Source: the human T2T-CHM13v2.0 reference genome, Homo sapiens | DNA length: 64,000 nt | Strand: one strand, 5' to 3' | NCBI RefSeq assembly: GCF_009914755.1 | Contig: NC_060938.1 | In this document: positions 1 through 12,385 of the stretch, piece by piece | How the letters are laid out: each line of letters begins with the position of its first letter | Numbering within the stretch: the first letter of the stretch is position 1 | Made by a program: the position numbers and the translations under genes | The notes under the pieces: model-generated | What the model saw: only the letters and a program-made list of their open reading frames with translations | Told to the model about the DNA's origin: nothing | Databases searched by the model: none

Positions 1-360
1 AATAGAATGCACTTTTCTCTCTGGCTGTGAATTTCAAGGATACATGCAAAGTGTCCCTTACCAGGGAAGGATGCTTGAGTCTCAGCGTTCAGGGTTTTGA
101 TAGAGGGCTGGACATGTGGGCATACCGTGTTATGTGACCAGCCATGGTTACTGAAACTCAGGAACTCCAAAATGAAACCAGGTGAATATCATTAGTCTTG
201 ATGTTTGTCAAAGCAATCATGACAAGCTTATTTGCACAGCCTATGACTCAAGGTGTGAAAAATTATCAGCTATTAACATAAATAACCTTCTGAGGTCTGT
301 ATCCCTGAGGTGAGCAAGAGTCCATCATGGTTCCAGGCAGCTTTGGAAACAGACAGGGAC
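1..360. mobile_element. Degraded LTR fragment, MER21-like
   Basis: ccagggaagg..gagtctcagcgttcagggttttt..gggctggacatgtgggca resembles remembered MER21-family sequence; boundaries uncertain. Confidence 0.35.
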
Positions 361-439
361 TAAGCAAACAGACATGTGTTAATTATTTCCTTACATGATA
401 TCTAACTCCCCTCAAAAATTAGTTGCAGGTAGAGTATAT

Positions 440-1470
440 ATTTAAATAAAAAAGCAAAGTAACAGAACATATAGAAGATAATAGGTACTATCTTTTTGAA
501 TTTAGGATAAAAACAAGTTTCCTAAGTGGGAAACTAAGTGTGTAACCATAAAGCAAAAATTGATAAATTATATTTAAATTAACAATTTACGTTCAGCAAA
601 AAATAGAGTTGACATACGTAAAAGGCAAGACACAGATTAGGAGATGTATTTCTGAGAAGAAAACTGACAGATTTATAACAAGTATGTATAAAGAAATCCT
701 TCAAATCATTTATAAATCCAGAAGAGAAAATGTGCAAAATACCTGGTCAAGCTTCACAAAGAGAATATTCAAATAATCAATAAACATAAGAAAGTTTGCT
801 GAACCTCATTAGTTATCAGAGAAATTCAAATTAAAGCACAGTGAGCTATTACTACTTACCCATGAGAATACTAATGTCAACATGGTTAACATTAAGAAAT
901 ATTTTTGATAATATGGACAAATTCAAATTCTTATGCACTTATTGTAAAAATGGGTTTTGATGCAGCAACTTTGGAAACCCATTTGCCTTTAATGTTATGA
1001 ATATACTTTGGCCCCCAAATTTTATTCCTGATAAAATAACTAACATAATCCAATGCATATATTTACCAAAAAAATACATGCAAAAATGTTCTAGCAGCAT
1101 TATCAATTTAGGCCAAAAACTAGAAAAAAAATTGAAATTCCATCCATAGAATATTGAATAAATCCTTTATGGTTTATGCATGCAATATAATTTTGCACAA
1201 CAGGAAATATATATGAAATTTACCTGCATGCATTAACATGGAAGAATTTCGCAAACATAATGTTAAGAGAAAAACAATAAACATAGACGTATTTTGTGAT
1301 TCACTTTCTATGGAGTTTAAAACAGGCAAAATTATAAATGCAGTGTTTGAAACCTAGTTAGTGGCTACCTTTATGAAGGAGGAAATGATCAGAACTGGAT
1401 GAAGCAAAGGAGTTTCAGAAGGGTTGGCATTACACTATTTCTTTGTTTCGGTTACACTTCATCATAATGA
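440..1470 (+). mobile_element. Old L1 (L1ME/L1MD-type), ORF2 3' end and 3'UTR remnant
   Basis: aacctcattagttatcagagaaattcaaattaaagcacagtgag matches the L1 ORF2 C-terminal region; A-rich plus strand. Confidence 0.65.
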
Positions 1471-1829
1471 CAATTTGGAAATATCAGGAACAATCATATT
1501 AATAAAAATAAAAATTACTATCTTTTATTGGGAACATCACTTACTTTATTTCATTTGATTTTGAAATAGCCCAGGAAAGTAGATTATGTTAGTTACTGTT
1601 CTTTAAATTCAGGAAATATGAAACAAACATGGTAAATTTGACTAAAACTCAAATTCAATATAACTACATGAAGTAGCTTAAAAAACTGAAAGAAAAACTC
1701 AACCAGGCTTTGAAAGGCACACAAATCAGAGTAGCTTTTAGGATCTAGGTTGCAATAATGAATCAACTTGTTCTCCTGAAGGCAATATTGGAAAAAATTA
1801 TCTCAAGTCATTTTCTTCATTTTGTCATT

Positions 1830-2316
1830 ATATTAATGCCCTGTTGCCACTGTGACAAATTGCCACACTCTGAGTGGCTTCAAGCAACACACACATTTAT
1901 TCTCTTAGTTCTGGAGGTGAGAAGTAACAAATAGATCAACAAATCTACATCTTTTTATAGCATCTAGTGGATAATTTGTTTCCTCACCTCTTACTGCTTC
2001 TAGGGACCACCTACATTCCTTGGCCCATGGTCCTCTTCTTTCAGCTTGAAAGCTAGCAGTGCAGCACCATCTCTCTTCACTGACCTCAGTTTCCAACCTC
2101 ACATGTTCTCTCTGATTCTGACCATCACACTTCTCTCTTATAAGAATCTGTGATTGCATGGTGCCCACCCAGACAATGCAGGATAATCTCCCCATCTCAA
2201 GATCCTGAACTCAATCATATCTGCAATGTTTCTTTTACCTTGTAAGATAATGTATTCACACGTTCTGGGGATTAGAATATGGACAACTTTTGGGAACCAC
2301 TATTCAGCATACCACA
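1830..2316 (-). mobile_element. MaLR solo LTR, MLT1D-like
   Basis: cacatttattctcttagttctggagg and gcttctagggaccacctacattccttggcccatgg; ends cactattcagcataccaca. Confidence 0.7.
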
Positions 2317-2534
2317 ATTGCTTCGATTAAAATGTGTCTTTTAGAGAGAGAATTAGTGACAATTATTTCATATGCCCAATTACTCACAAGGAAAAGCAAA
2401 CAATTATAATTAAGTAGGCCATCAATTTTGTACAGTGATATTTCAGGGATTGCTATTACAAAAAAGAAGAAGAAGATATTAGATAAAATTCAGAGGTGAC
2501 TCACAACACCTTCCCAAATCACAAAATTTTATAG

Positions 2535-2900
2535 AGTGTGATTAGGATAATATTGTGTCACGTATTATGGTCATTTCAAAGAATATGAGTCACACCACAC
2601 AAAATTTGGAGTAGATATTAAGAACAATGATACCACATATGCACTAAGGGGTAAGTGAAAGTCTATCAGTAACATAATGAGGTTTTTTGGGAAATGTAGG
2701 GCTAGCTTCCAAGCAGGTGTGAAAATGGCTTAAAATAGCTGGTAAAGGAGACTGGCCTAGATTTTTTTGTGGTTAGAGGGTAGGACTGGCTTGAGGATTC
2801 TCATGCATGTGTGGGTGAGCATGAAAAGAGTAGCATTCAGGCTTCCTCTAGCAACTGGTTTATAGACTTGGCTTTTTCATCATCAACTGCTCCAATTATG
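2535..2900 (-). mobile_element. Old ERVL-class LTR fragment (LTR52/LTR53-like)
   Basis: acataatgaggttttttggga..gaaaatggctt..aaaggagactggcctag..gtggttagagggt matches remembered consensus of this LTR group. Confidence 0.4.
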
Positions 2901-3225
2901 AAATTATGATTTCAAGTTTTCCTCACACTAAAAGGGAATTTTACAACTCTAATTTAAGAGAAAATGTGAGTAGGAAAGTAAACAAGTTCAGCAATCTACT
3001 CAAAATTAAGAGATAAGAATATCAGATTAAAATCAAATAATGTAATAGTGCTATTTAACATCAACAAAGTAATATAAAAGTAATTGTGGTGAAAACAGCA
3101 TATGTTTGTAAAAATATTGGAGAAGAAACCTTTTTTTGCTGTGGAGAGATAAGCAGGTAAATCACTTTCATATGTAAAACGTCTGATTTGTTCTTATATA
3201 ATTTCAAACATTCTTACTGGATAGA

Positions 3226-3790
3226 TCTGATGGTTAATATTGAGTGTCAACTTGATGGGATTGAAGGATGCAAAGTATTCTTTCTGGGTGTGTCTTTGAG
3301 GGTGTTGCCAAAGGAGATTAACATTTGAGTCAGTGGACTGGGAAAGACAGACCCACCCTCAATCTGGGTGGGTACAATCTTATCAGCTGCCAGCAGGGCT
3401 AGAATAAAAGCAGGTGGGAAAATGTGGAAGGACTTGACATGCTTATTCTTCTGGGCTTTATCTTCCTCCCATGCTGGATGCTTCCTGCCCTTGAACATCA
3501 GACTCCAACTTTTTTCAGGTTTTAGGCTTTTGGATTTACAGTATGGTTTGCCAGGGGGATCTCAGGCCTTTGGCCACAGACTGAAGGCTGCATTGTCAGC
3601 TTCCCGACTTTTGAGGTTTTGGGACTCCTACTGATCCACCACTGGCTTCCTTTCTCCTCAACTTGCAGATGGCCTATCTTAGAACTTTACCTTGTGATCG
3701 TGGGAGTCAATTCTTCTTGAGAAACTTTCTTTCATATGTACATCTATCCTATTATAAGTCCTGTCCCTCTAGAGAACCCGGACTAATACT
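3226..3790 (+). mobile_element. MLT2A (probably MLT2A2) 5' LTR of HERV-L
   Basis: Starts t(c)tgatggttaatattgagtgtcaacttg, ends ctagagaacccggactaatac; HERV-L internal sequence follows directly. Confidence 0.9.
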
Positions 3791-3793
3791 TAT

Positions 3794-3811
3794 TGTTACC
3801 AGAAGTGGGGT
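3794..3811 (+). promoter_or_regulatory. Primer-binding site for tRNA-Leu
   Basis: tgttaccagaagtggggt is 17/18 identical to TGGTACCAGAAGTGGGGT, the complement of the remembered tRNA-Leu(TAA) 3' end; lies just downstream of the LTR. Confidence 0.8.
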
Positions 3812-3837
3812 GGTTCTAGAGGAACAGAATTTTAAGA

Positions 3838-5617
3838 ATGGGTTTCTTTAGTTGGTTTGGGGTTTCTGGAGTTGGCTGCTTAATATGATTACAACCTAAA
3901 ATGCTAAAGACTCTTATTTCTAATAGTATGGGGAATACCGATAGTCCTTGGCATGAGGTGTTTAGAGAGTTACGCAAAATAAATGCATTTGATACTCCTG
4001 TTTCACCACTCATCAGAGGCAGGATGTTTAATAACTCTGTACATAATACCTTTGACAATATGTGGAGAACCAAGGAATATTATGAAGCTGTCTGGGTGCT
4101 TCTAAGTTCACTGGACAAAGTGATAAAATAAATAAATAAATAAATAGATACATAAATAAATCAATAAAAAGATGAGCTCAGGGATTCTAACTCCCGGCTC
4201 CAGACGCACATGCCGAGCCTCATGTCTTCTAAGATTGCCCTAAATGAGAATCTTATCTTCTGTAGACAAAGGGCAGAAATTGCAGAAAATCAGACATAAG
4301 GTTTTATCCTGTGAGTGGCTACCTGCAACAAAAGGTGCACACTCAGTCTCACCAGGTGTCTACTGTTAAGAGTGAGGGCATTGATTGGAAAAGAATGGGA
4401 CCCTGCAACTTGAAATGGGGACATGTGGGAGAACCCTGGTGAGGCTGGGGGCACTGAGCTCCTAAATGCTGATGAGCCTTTTTTTGCCAGAGGAAACAGC
4501 CTCCCTAACCACAGTGTTGGCAACATTCCCTTCCCTATCTGCATTGCCATCAACCTTTCCACCTTTGTTTGAGGAAATTAACCATGCACTGCCCTGCCTG
4601 AGGCAATAGTAATGGCCTTCCTGGGGCAGTTGCCAGGAAAAACAATATGGATTCTCCTCAGGACCCACTCCCAACACCCCTCTTTGCTTCAAGACCTATA
4701 ATTAGACTCAAGTTCCAGAAGGCCCCTACAGGTGAGGTTCAGAGTGTGACCCATAAGGCGGTATGCTACACTTGAAAAAAACTGTTTAAGTTTTCTAATT
4801 TATATAAGCAGAACTCTGGAGAACAGGCATGGGAATGTATATTAAGCATATGGGATAATGTTGAAAGGAACATAAAGTTTGATAAGGCTGAATTTAGTGA
4901 TATGGGCCCACTCATCAGGGATTCTGCATTTAATATTGCAGCTCGGGGAGTTAAAAAAGGTTCTAATAGTTTATTTGCTTGATTAGCTGAAATATGGATC
5001 AAAATATGGCGCACTGTGAACATGAGCTGGAAATGCCCGATCTCCCTTGGTTTAATTTAGAGGAAGAGATCCAAAGGCTTAGGGACATTGGGATGCTAGA
5101 GTGGATTTGTCACTTTAGACCCAGTCATCCCAGCTGGGAGGGTACAGAAAACATAACTTTCACCAATAGCTTGCAAAGTAGATTTGTGAGGGGAGAATCT
5201 GCATCTTTGAAGAGCAATTGCTCTTCTCTGTATGCAGATATTACAATGGAAACCACAGTCATTCAACTACAAAATGTAAATGCAATGGGAATAATTGGAT
5301 CACAAGGTGACAGGGGCCAAATGGTGGCATTCAACCATCAAAAGCAAGATGGGCGAAGTTATCATAATGAACAGCAGAGGCAAAGCAGCAATCAGAATAG
5401 TCTGACTTGTGTAGAGCTCTAGAATTGGCTAATTAATCATGGTGTTCCTAGAAGTAAAGTTGAAAGGAAGCCTACTGCATTCTTACCTAATTTATATAAG
5501 CAGAAAACTTCTAGGTCGAGTGGACAAAAGACTAATTTGAAATATAAAAACAGAATCATGGCCCCTTAATCAATTTCCAGACTTGAACCAGTTTACAGAC
5601 CCAGCACCCCTTGAATG
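3838..5617 (+). pseudogene. gag: HERV-L gag remnant
   Basis: ORF pieces DSPWHEVFRELRKINAFD and ELEMPDLPWFNLEEEIQRLRDIGMLEWI; multiple stops and frameshifts. Confidence 0.8.
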
Positions 5618-5619
5618 AA

Positions 5620-6110
5620 GGGGAGGCTGTGTCCCCTTGAGGAAGGAGCTCATTACACTACTGACAACTTGTACTGTAATGTTTCTGTCATTCTTGCCAA
5701 GGAGACCTCCAGCCTTTTATCAGGGTAACTGTGCATTGGGAAAAAGGGAATGATCCGAATTTTTGGAGACTACTAGATACTAGCTGAAGTTGATTCCCAG
5801 GAACCTAAAACATCATAGTGGTCCTCCAGTTAAAATAGGAGCATATGGAGGTCATGTGATATTAATCACGTGAGTTTTTCTGTCCTTTGTCTACAGAAGA
5901 TAATCATCAGGTCATGTGAGTTTCAGCTTAGGTCCAACTTACAGTGGGTCCTTGGACTCATCCTGTGGTCATTTCCCCAGAATGCATCATTGGCATAGAT
6001 ATACTTAGCAGCTTGCAGAATCCCCACATTGGCTCCCTGACTGGTAGAGTGAGGGCTGTTATGGTGGGAAAGGCCAAATGGAAGCCTTTAGAGCTGCCTC
6101 TACCTAAAAA
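5620..6110 (+). pseudogene. pro: HERV-L protease remnant
   Basis: LLDTS (degenerate DTG) at 5770-5784, then HPVVISPECIIGIDIL. Confidence 0.7.
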
Positions 6111-7990
6111 ATAGTAAATAAAAAACGGTATTGCTTCCCTGAAGAAATCACAGAGATTAGTGCCACCATCAAGGACTTGAAAGACACAGGAGTGGTGATT
6201 CCCACCAAATCCCCATTCAACACTTCTATTTGGCTTATACAGAAGACAGATGGATCTTGAATAATGATAGTGGATTATCATAAGCTTAACCAAGTAGTGA
6301 TTCTGATTGCAGCTGCTGTACAATATGTGGTCTTATTGCTTGAGCAAATTAACACATCTCCTGGTACCTAGTATGCAGCCATTGACTTGGCGAATGCCTT
6401 TTCTCCATTCCTGTCCATAAGACCCACCAGAAGCAATTTGCCTTCAGCTGGCAAGGCCAGCAATATAAGTTCACTGTCCTACCTCAGGGGTATATCTACT
6501 CTCTGGATTTGTGTCATAATCTTGTTCACAGAGATCTTGATCACTTTTCCCTTCCACAAGATATCACACTGGTCTATTACATTGATGACATTATGCTTAC
6601 TGGGACCCGGTGAGTGAGAAGTAGCAAACACACTGGACTTATTGGTGAGACGTTTGCATGCCAGGGCACACATAAGTTACATGAGAAAGTGGCTCAAATG
6701 CCCATGGTCCCCACTCTTGCCATCCTGCCTTTTCTTTTTAAGCCTTCACCAATGGCCCCATGGGGAATTCTTTACGATCAGTTGATGGAGGAAGAGAAGA
6801 CTAGGGCCTGGTTTACAGATGGTTCAGCACAATGTGCAGGAACCACCTGAAAGTGGAAAGCTTTCTAGGACATCTCTGTAGCCCCTTTCTAGGACATCTC
6901 TGTAGGACAGTGGTGTAGAAAAATTTTCCCAGTGGGCAGAACTTTGAGCAGTGCACCTGGTTGTGCACTTCACACTGAAGAAGGAAAGACAAGATGTGCG
7001 ATTGTATCCCGATTCATGGCTGTAGCCCATGGTTTGGCTGGATGGTCAGGGACTTGAAAGAAACATGATTGGAAAATTGATGACAAAGAAATTGGGGAAG
7101 AGATATGTGGAAGGACCTCTCTGAGTGGTCAAAAACTGTAAAGATATTTCTATCTCATGTGAGTGCTCACCAAAGGGTGACCTAAGTAGAGGAGGATTTT
7201 AATAATCACAAGGATAGGTTGACTCATTCTGTGGACACCACTCAGCCTCCTTCCCTGGCCATCCCTGTCATCGCCCAATGGGTTCATGAACAAAGTGGCC
7301 ATGGCAGCAGAGATGGAGATTATGCATGGGCTCATCAACATGGACTTTTATTCACCAAGGCTGACCTGGCTACGGCCACTGCCAAGTCCCCGATTTGCCA
7401 GCAGCAGAGACCAACACTGAGACCTCAATACAGCACTGTTCTTTGGGGTGATCATCCAGCTACTTGGTGGCAGGTTGATTATATTGGACTTCTTTCATCA
7501 TGGAAAGGGCAGTAGTTGGTCTTCACTGTAATAGACACTTACTCCAGATATGGGTTTGCCTATACTGCACAAAATGCTTCTGCCATGACTACCATCCGTG
7601 GACTCATGGAATGCCTCATCCACCATCAAGGGATTCCACACAACATTGCCTCTGACCAAGACACTCATTTTATGGCTAAAGAAGTGTGACAGTGGATTCA
7701 TGCTGATAACATTTACTGGTCTTACCATGTTCCCCATTATCCTGAAGCAGCTGGACTAATAGAATGGTGAAGTGGCCTTTTGAAGTCACAATTACAAAGC
7801 CAGCTAAGTAACAACACTTTGCAAGTCTGGGGCAAAGTTCTTCAGAAGGTTGTGTATTCCCTGAATCAGCATCCGATATATGGTGCTGTTACCCCCATAG
7901 CCAGGATTCACGGGTCCAGTAATTCAAGGGGTGGACATGGAAGTGGCACCTCTCACCATTACCTCTATTGACCCACTAGCACAATTTTTG
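6111..7990 (+). pseudogene. pol: HERV-L pol remnant (RT, RNase H, integrase)
   Basis: SPFNTSIW..VDYHKLN, IDLANAF, YIDD at 6578-6589, RNase H WFTDGSA, integrase HEQSGH..CQQ, WWQVDYIG, IASDQDTHF. Confidence 0.88.
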
Positions 7991-8009
7991 CTTCCTGTTC
8001 TGACATTGT

Positions 8010-8300
8010 GTTCTGCTGGCCTAGAGGTCTTAGTTCCAGAGGGAAGAATGCTGCCACCAGGAAACACAACAATGATTCCATTAAACTGGAGGCTGAGATT
8101 GCCACCTGGCCACTTTGGGCTCCTGCTACCTTTAAGTCAACAGGATAAGTAGGGAGTTACAGTGTTTGCTGGGGTGATTGACCCAGACTGTCAAGATGAA
8201 ATCAGTCTACTACTCCACAATGGATGTAAGGAAGGGTATGCATGGAATACAAGAGATGCCTTAGGGCGTCTTTTAGTAATGCCATGTCCTGTGATTAAGG
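8010..8300 (+). pseudogene. HERV-L dUTPase remnant
   Basis: LPPGNTTMIPLNWRLRLPPGHFGLL..*..AGVIDPDCQDEISLLLHN dUTPase motifs downstream of integrase, as in ERV-L; in-frame stop at 8150-8152. Confidence 0.85.
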
Positions 8301-8645
8301 TCAATGGGAAACTACAACAGCCCAATCCAGGCAGGACTACAAATGACCCGGACACTTCAGGAATGAAGGTTTGAGTCACTCCACTGGGTAAAAAACTACC
8401 ACCTGTTGAGGTGCTTTCTGAAGGAAAAGGGAATACAGAAAGAGTAGTAGAAGAAGGTAGTCATCAATATCAGCTACACCTACGTGACCAGTTGCAGAAA
8501 CAAGGACTGTAATTGTCATGAGTATTTCCTTCTTATTTTGTTAAGAATGTGTTTGTGCATGTATGCATTTGTACTAAAAAATATATCTTTTTTTCCTTTC
8601 TTTTTTCTTTATTATGTGACATGAGATTTATTGACAGCATACCAG

Positions 8646-8974
8646 TGATACAGGAGTGAAGAAGAAATTACTTAGGCAGATAGTGAGGGTACCGAGTTCT
8701 TTGTAAGGTTTTCCTTTTAATGAAAAGCAGCCCCCAGATAATTTTCTTTTCTAACAAAGAGCAGCCTGTAAAATTGAACTGCAGACATAATCAAGCAAGC
8801 TGGAAGCTTTCACAGGTGAATGCTGGCACTAAGCATATTCAAAATGGCAGCTCCATGTTCCCTTCTCTTTGCTAGCCATATGTACAGTAAGCAGCAGATA
8901 ACATGGAGATGGCCAAGTGGAAAGCCCATTTGCATAATAAGATTAGGGTGGTGTGGCCAGTCTTCCCTGCGAGC
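8646..8974 (+). mobile_element. 5' part of an ERV1 LTR, LTR9-family-like
   Basis: Starts tgatacaggagtgaagaagaaattacttaggcagatagtgagggt; contains cccatttgcataataagattagggtgg; stops abruptly without a CA terminus. Confidence 0.65.
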
Positions 8975-9666
8975 TGAATAAAGTTATAAATTGAGTCAGT
9001 TACAATTGCAACATTTTAAACACTTAAAACTCATATGTATCTAGTGGTGATGAAATTAAACAGCACAGATAAAGAATATATTTATCATTCCAGAAGTTTC
9101 CATTAGCTAGTATTTGTGTATAGCGCCAATATGAAAATTGTTTTATGGAAAAGAAAATATTGATTATAGTCCTCTCACAGTGATTAATCTTGATAAAATA
9201 GGGAACTCAGAACATTCCTTCTATTCTGATGAAAATCATCTTAAGAGAGTACACGTTCATGTGCAGTGGATTTAATTCCTTCTGTATAGTCTGTTCTCAA
9301 AAGTTTTTTAAAACTTAACACATATGAGGCAGAATGCTTTATGATACAATTGATAAAAGAAGCAGGTTCTGTCCACAAGCATTTTGATATTTTACCAGAA
9401 AAAATATGAGCAAGAACAAATAGTGACAGGAAAAATAAGGAAGAAAAAAACAAAGTTCAATGGTGTTTAAAGGAGAGAAAAATGATTTACATTTGAAGAT
9501 AATAACAGGCTTCTTGGAAGAAGAGATAAGTCTAGAGATTAGATTCAGCTTCTATGTGTACAGGTTGAAGTCATTCAGGGTTCAGCAAATGAAATGAATA
9601 CAAAGACACAGAGGCATGGAAATGTAGGGAATGTATGAAATAATTTGAATTCTGTTTAGATCTGTA

Positions 9667-10442
9667 TAGGTCAGTTTTGCTGTAACGTGATATATACACT
9701 CCTAAAATATACCATGCTATGTAAAATCACACTATAAACCCAAAGAGTTTATGGGAAAATGCCTTTAGGGTCTTTTCACTCAAAAACTTTGTCACTGACA
9801 CATAAGAAAAGAACCAATATAAAAAGTTAGCACAGTTTTATGCATGTCAAAAGGCCAGGAAACATAATGCTACAGTAAATATGACATTTTACCTTGAAAA
9901 AAGAGGTGAAGTTTTCTTGCAAAAGTGAGTGTTTTATTCCTTCTGATCTGCCCACCTGGCTCCTGAGGTAAAAGAAAGAGAAAACCAAACAAAATGAGAG
10001 AGAGAGACAGAGAAAGAGAGAGAGGAAAAGAGTAAGAGAAAAGAGAGGTAAAGGAAGAAAAATATCAAAGAAGAAAAGGGAAAGTGCAAAAAAGCCTGAG
10101 AGGAGGCTAAAGGTCAACAGGGTGGCTGTTGAAAAGAGTACAGCTAGTTATTGTGAAGTGGGAGAAGGACAATTACTTAAGATAAAAATCTACTAAATAT
10201 GTTTACACCAGATGTGGCTTGGCATGGCTCATTGTCATGAGATGAATATGTATGCATTATGAAGTATTTCTATATAACTGAATTTAGTTTGGTGTAATTT
10301 TCTATACCTATCTAGTAATTTTTGCAAACGAAATTAGATACACAACAAAAAATTCATTTCATCCTCAAATTGTTCAATAATAAATCATTCACACTGGAAG
10401 AAATGTGCGGTTTCAACACAAGTGGTACAGCAGGACTGACTG
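9667..10442 (+). mobile_element. Tigger8 DNA transposon with an internal ~190 bp purine-rich insert
   Basis: Termini gtcagttttgctgtaac and gtacagcaggactgactg are inverted repeats; internal cactcaaaaactttgtcactgacaca and accttgaaaaa match remembered Tigger8. Confidence 0.7.
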
Positions 10443-10539
10443 TCTTCCTTTTCCTGAATTTAGGTTAAAGACAATATTGAGAAATGTATTTGGTAAGGCT
10501 AAATCATTGTCAAATTGTCAAGCATTTTTGAATGTTTGG

Positions 10540-11110
10540 TGTATTATCTGTTGTTCCATAACATTACCTTACATTTAGCATACTTAGCAGCTTTAAAAAA
10601 CACACATTTATTATCTCATAGTTTTTCCATATGTGGAATCATAAGTCTAAGCACCACTTAGGTGGCTCCTTTACAAAGCTACAATCATGCCAGCCAGATG
10701 TGGTTTCTCATGTACAGGCTGAACTGGAGATGGATCCACTTCCAAGATGATGTGGTTGTTCGCAGCATTAAATTCCTTGTCAGCTGTCAGACTGTGGCCC
10801 CAATTTCTTCCTGGCTGTTAGCTAAAGGTCACCCTTAGTTCTACTTCTTAGTTGGCTGGAAACTACTCTCAGTTCTTTGCTATGTGACCTTCCCCAACAT
10901 GACCACTTGCTTCGTCAAAGCCAACAAGGAGACAGTCTTCCAGAAAAACAGACATGGCAGTCTTATGCAGCATAATTACAGGAGTGACATCTCATCAGTT
11001 TTCCCATATGTTTTGTTTAGAATCAAGTCATAGGTCAAGGGGAGGAAATTAGGCTAAGAATTAATGCAAGGAGTTTGGAATTATCAGGGCCAGTTTAGAG
11101 TCTGGTTATA
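10540..11110 (-). mobile_element. MaLR solo LTR, MLT1F/G-like
   Basis: acttagcagctttaaaaaacacacatttattatctcatagttt, ggatccacttccaag, ggagtgacatctcatca. Confidence 0.6.
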
Positions 11111-12209
11111 GAAGAGGAGATTTCTATTTTTCATATATGAAATACTAATTGAGTCATTATCGAACAGAATGATCTTCTATAGTTGCCACGAGCATCCAGC
11201 AGGGCAGTGCCACAAATTTGTGGGGTTTGGGATTATCCACAGACTAGAGAATATTTTGGCGGTGGGGAGTAACAGCCTTCACATCTAGGGTTTTATCTAC
11301 AAAACTAAAACATGGCACTACTTAATGAATTTTAGATTGATTTCACTTATTTAGTTGTGTAGTCAAACCCATGATAAATGAACTAACTGATCCACTTTAA
11401 TCCATTATTTCAGCTAAACATGCACCTATGCATTCTGGAATAGGCAGGTAACTTTGCTTGAGTTGAAAGTAATAATTTCAGTTTCCAGATTTGTCAACCA
11501 ACAGATGAGGTAGTTACATTGTGAATTAATTAAAGAAAGAGTGATTCTACTTTCCAATAAAGGAATGCATTATCAATATTTCTACATAACTGAATTTAGT
11601 TTGGTGTAATTTTCTATATCTGTCTAGCATTTTTTGTAAATGAAATTATAGATATACAACAAAAATTGATTTTATCCTCAAATTGTTCAACAATAAATCA
11701 ATCACATTGGAAGAAATTTGTGGTTTCAAATTTCTAGGAGAGACTCAGCATCTCTCTCTGAAACATGTATTTACAGGTAACCAAAGGATAGAAATCACAA
11801 ATACCTTTTCTCTTTTGACACACAAGATCATTAATTTTATGTATATTATTTTCTATTAATATATGCATGACTCTATAAAGTTAAAATTATTAATGTGTTA
11901 GAGTACTTTTAGCCCCCTTTGAAATATTTTTTATTAAGTCAGAAGTACTTCGAATTTCAAGATAGAAAGGCAGTTAGAATGTTCTATTTGTTTTTAATTC
12001 TATATAAATGTAAAAGGCATTTAATTTGTACATAAAATACATTCAAAGTCTTGTCTGAATATTCCATCTGTGAAACTATTATCATGTACCAAACATTCTT
12101 CCCAAGGAATTAAATGTTATTGTTTCTTTTATATCACAATATTTGCATGTCTTGAAAAAAGTAGAAAGTCTTTCGTTTAAGAGAAAACTTCACACTTTAA
12201 AATGATTTC

Positions 12210-12385
12210 TTTTTTTCTTCTTCTTTAAGAGATGGGAATCTTGCTATGTTGAATAGGCTGGAGTTCAGTGGCAACATTTAGGCACCATCATGGCATATTA
12301 TAGCTTTAATTCCTGGGGTCAAGGGATCCTCCTGTCTCAGTCTTCTGAGTAGCCAGAACTACAGCTTCCCACCACTGAGCCTGGC
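12210..12385 (-). mobile_element. FAM (fossil Alu monomer)
   Basis: Monomer with the 7SL-like segment ..cagtggcaacatttaggcaccatcatgg..; degenerate TSD ttaaaatgattt / ttgaaataattt. Confidence 0.7.

Larger units (their letters stand above)
3791..8645 (+). mobile_element. HERV-L internal region, internally deleted and 3'-truncated
   Basis: gag-pro-pol-dUTPase order without env, typical of ERV-L; no 3' LTR follows. Confidence 0.92.

Noticed and set aside
7931-8374. Functional or domesticated dUTPase
   Set aside because: Split by an in-frame stop and is the standard ERV-L module, so neither intact nor novel.
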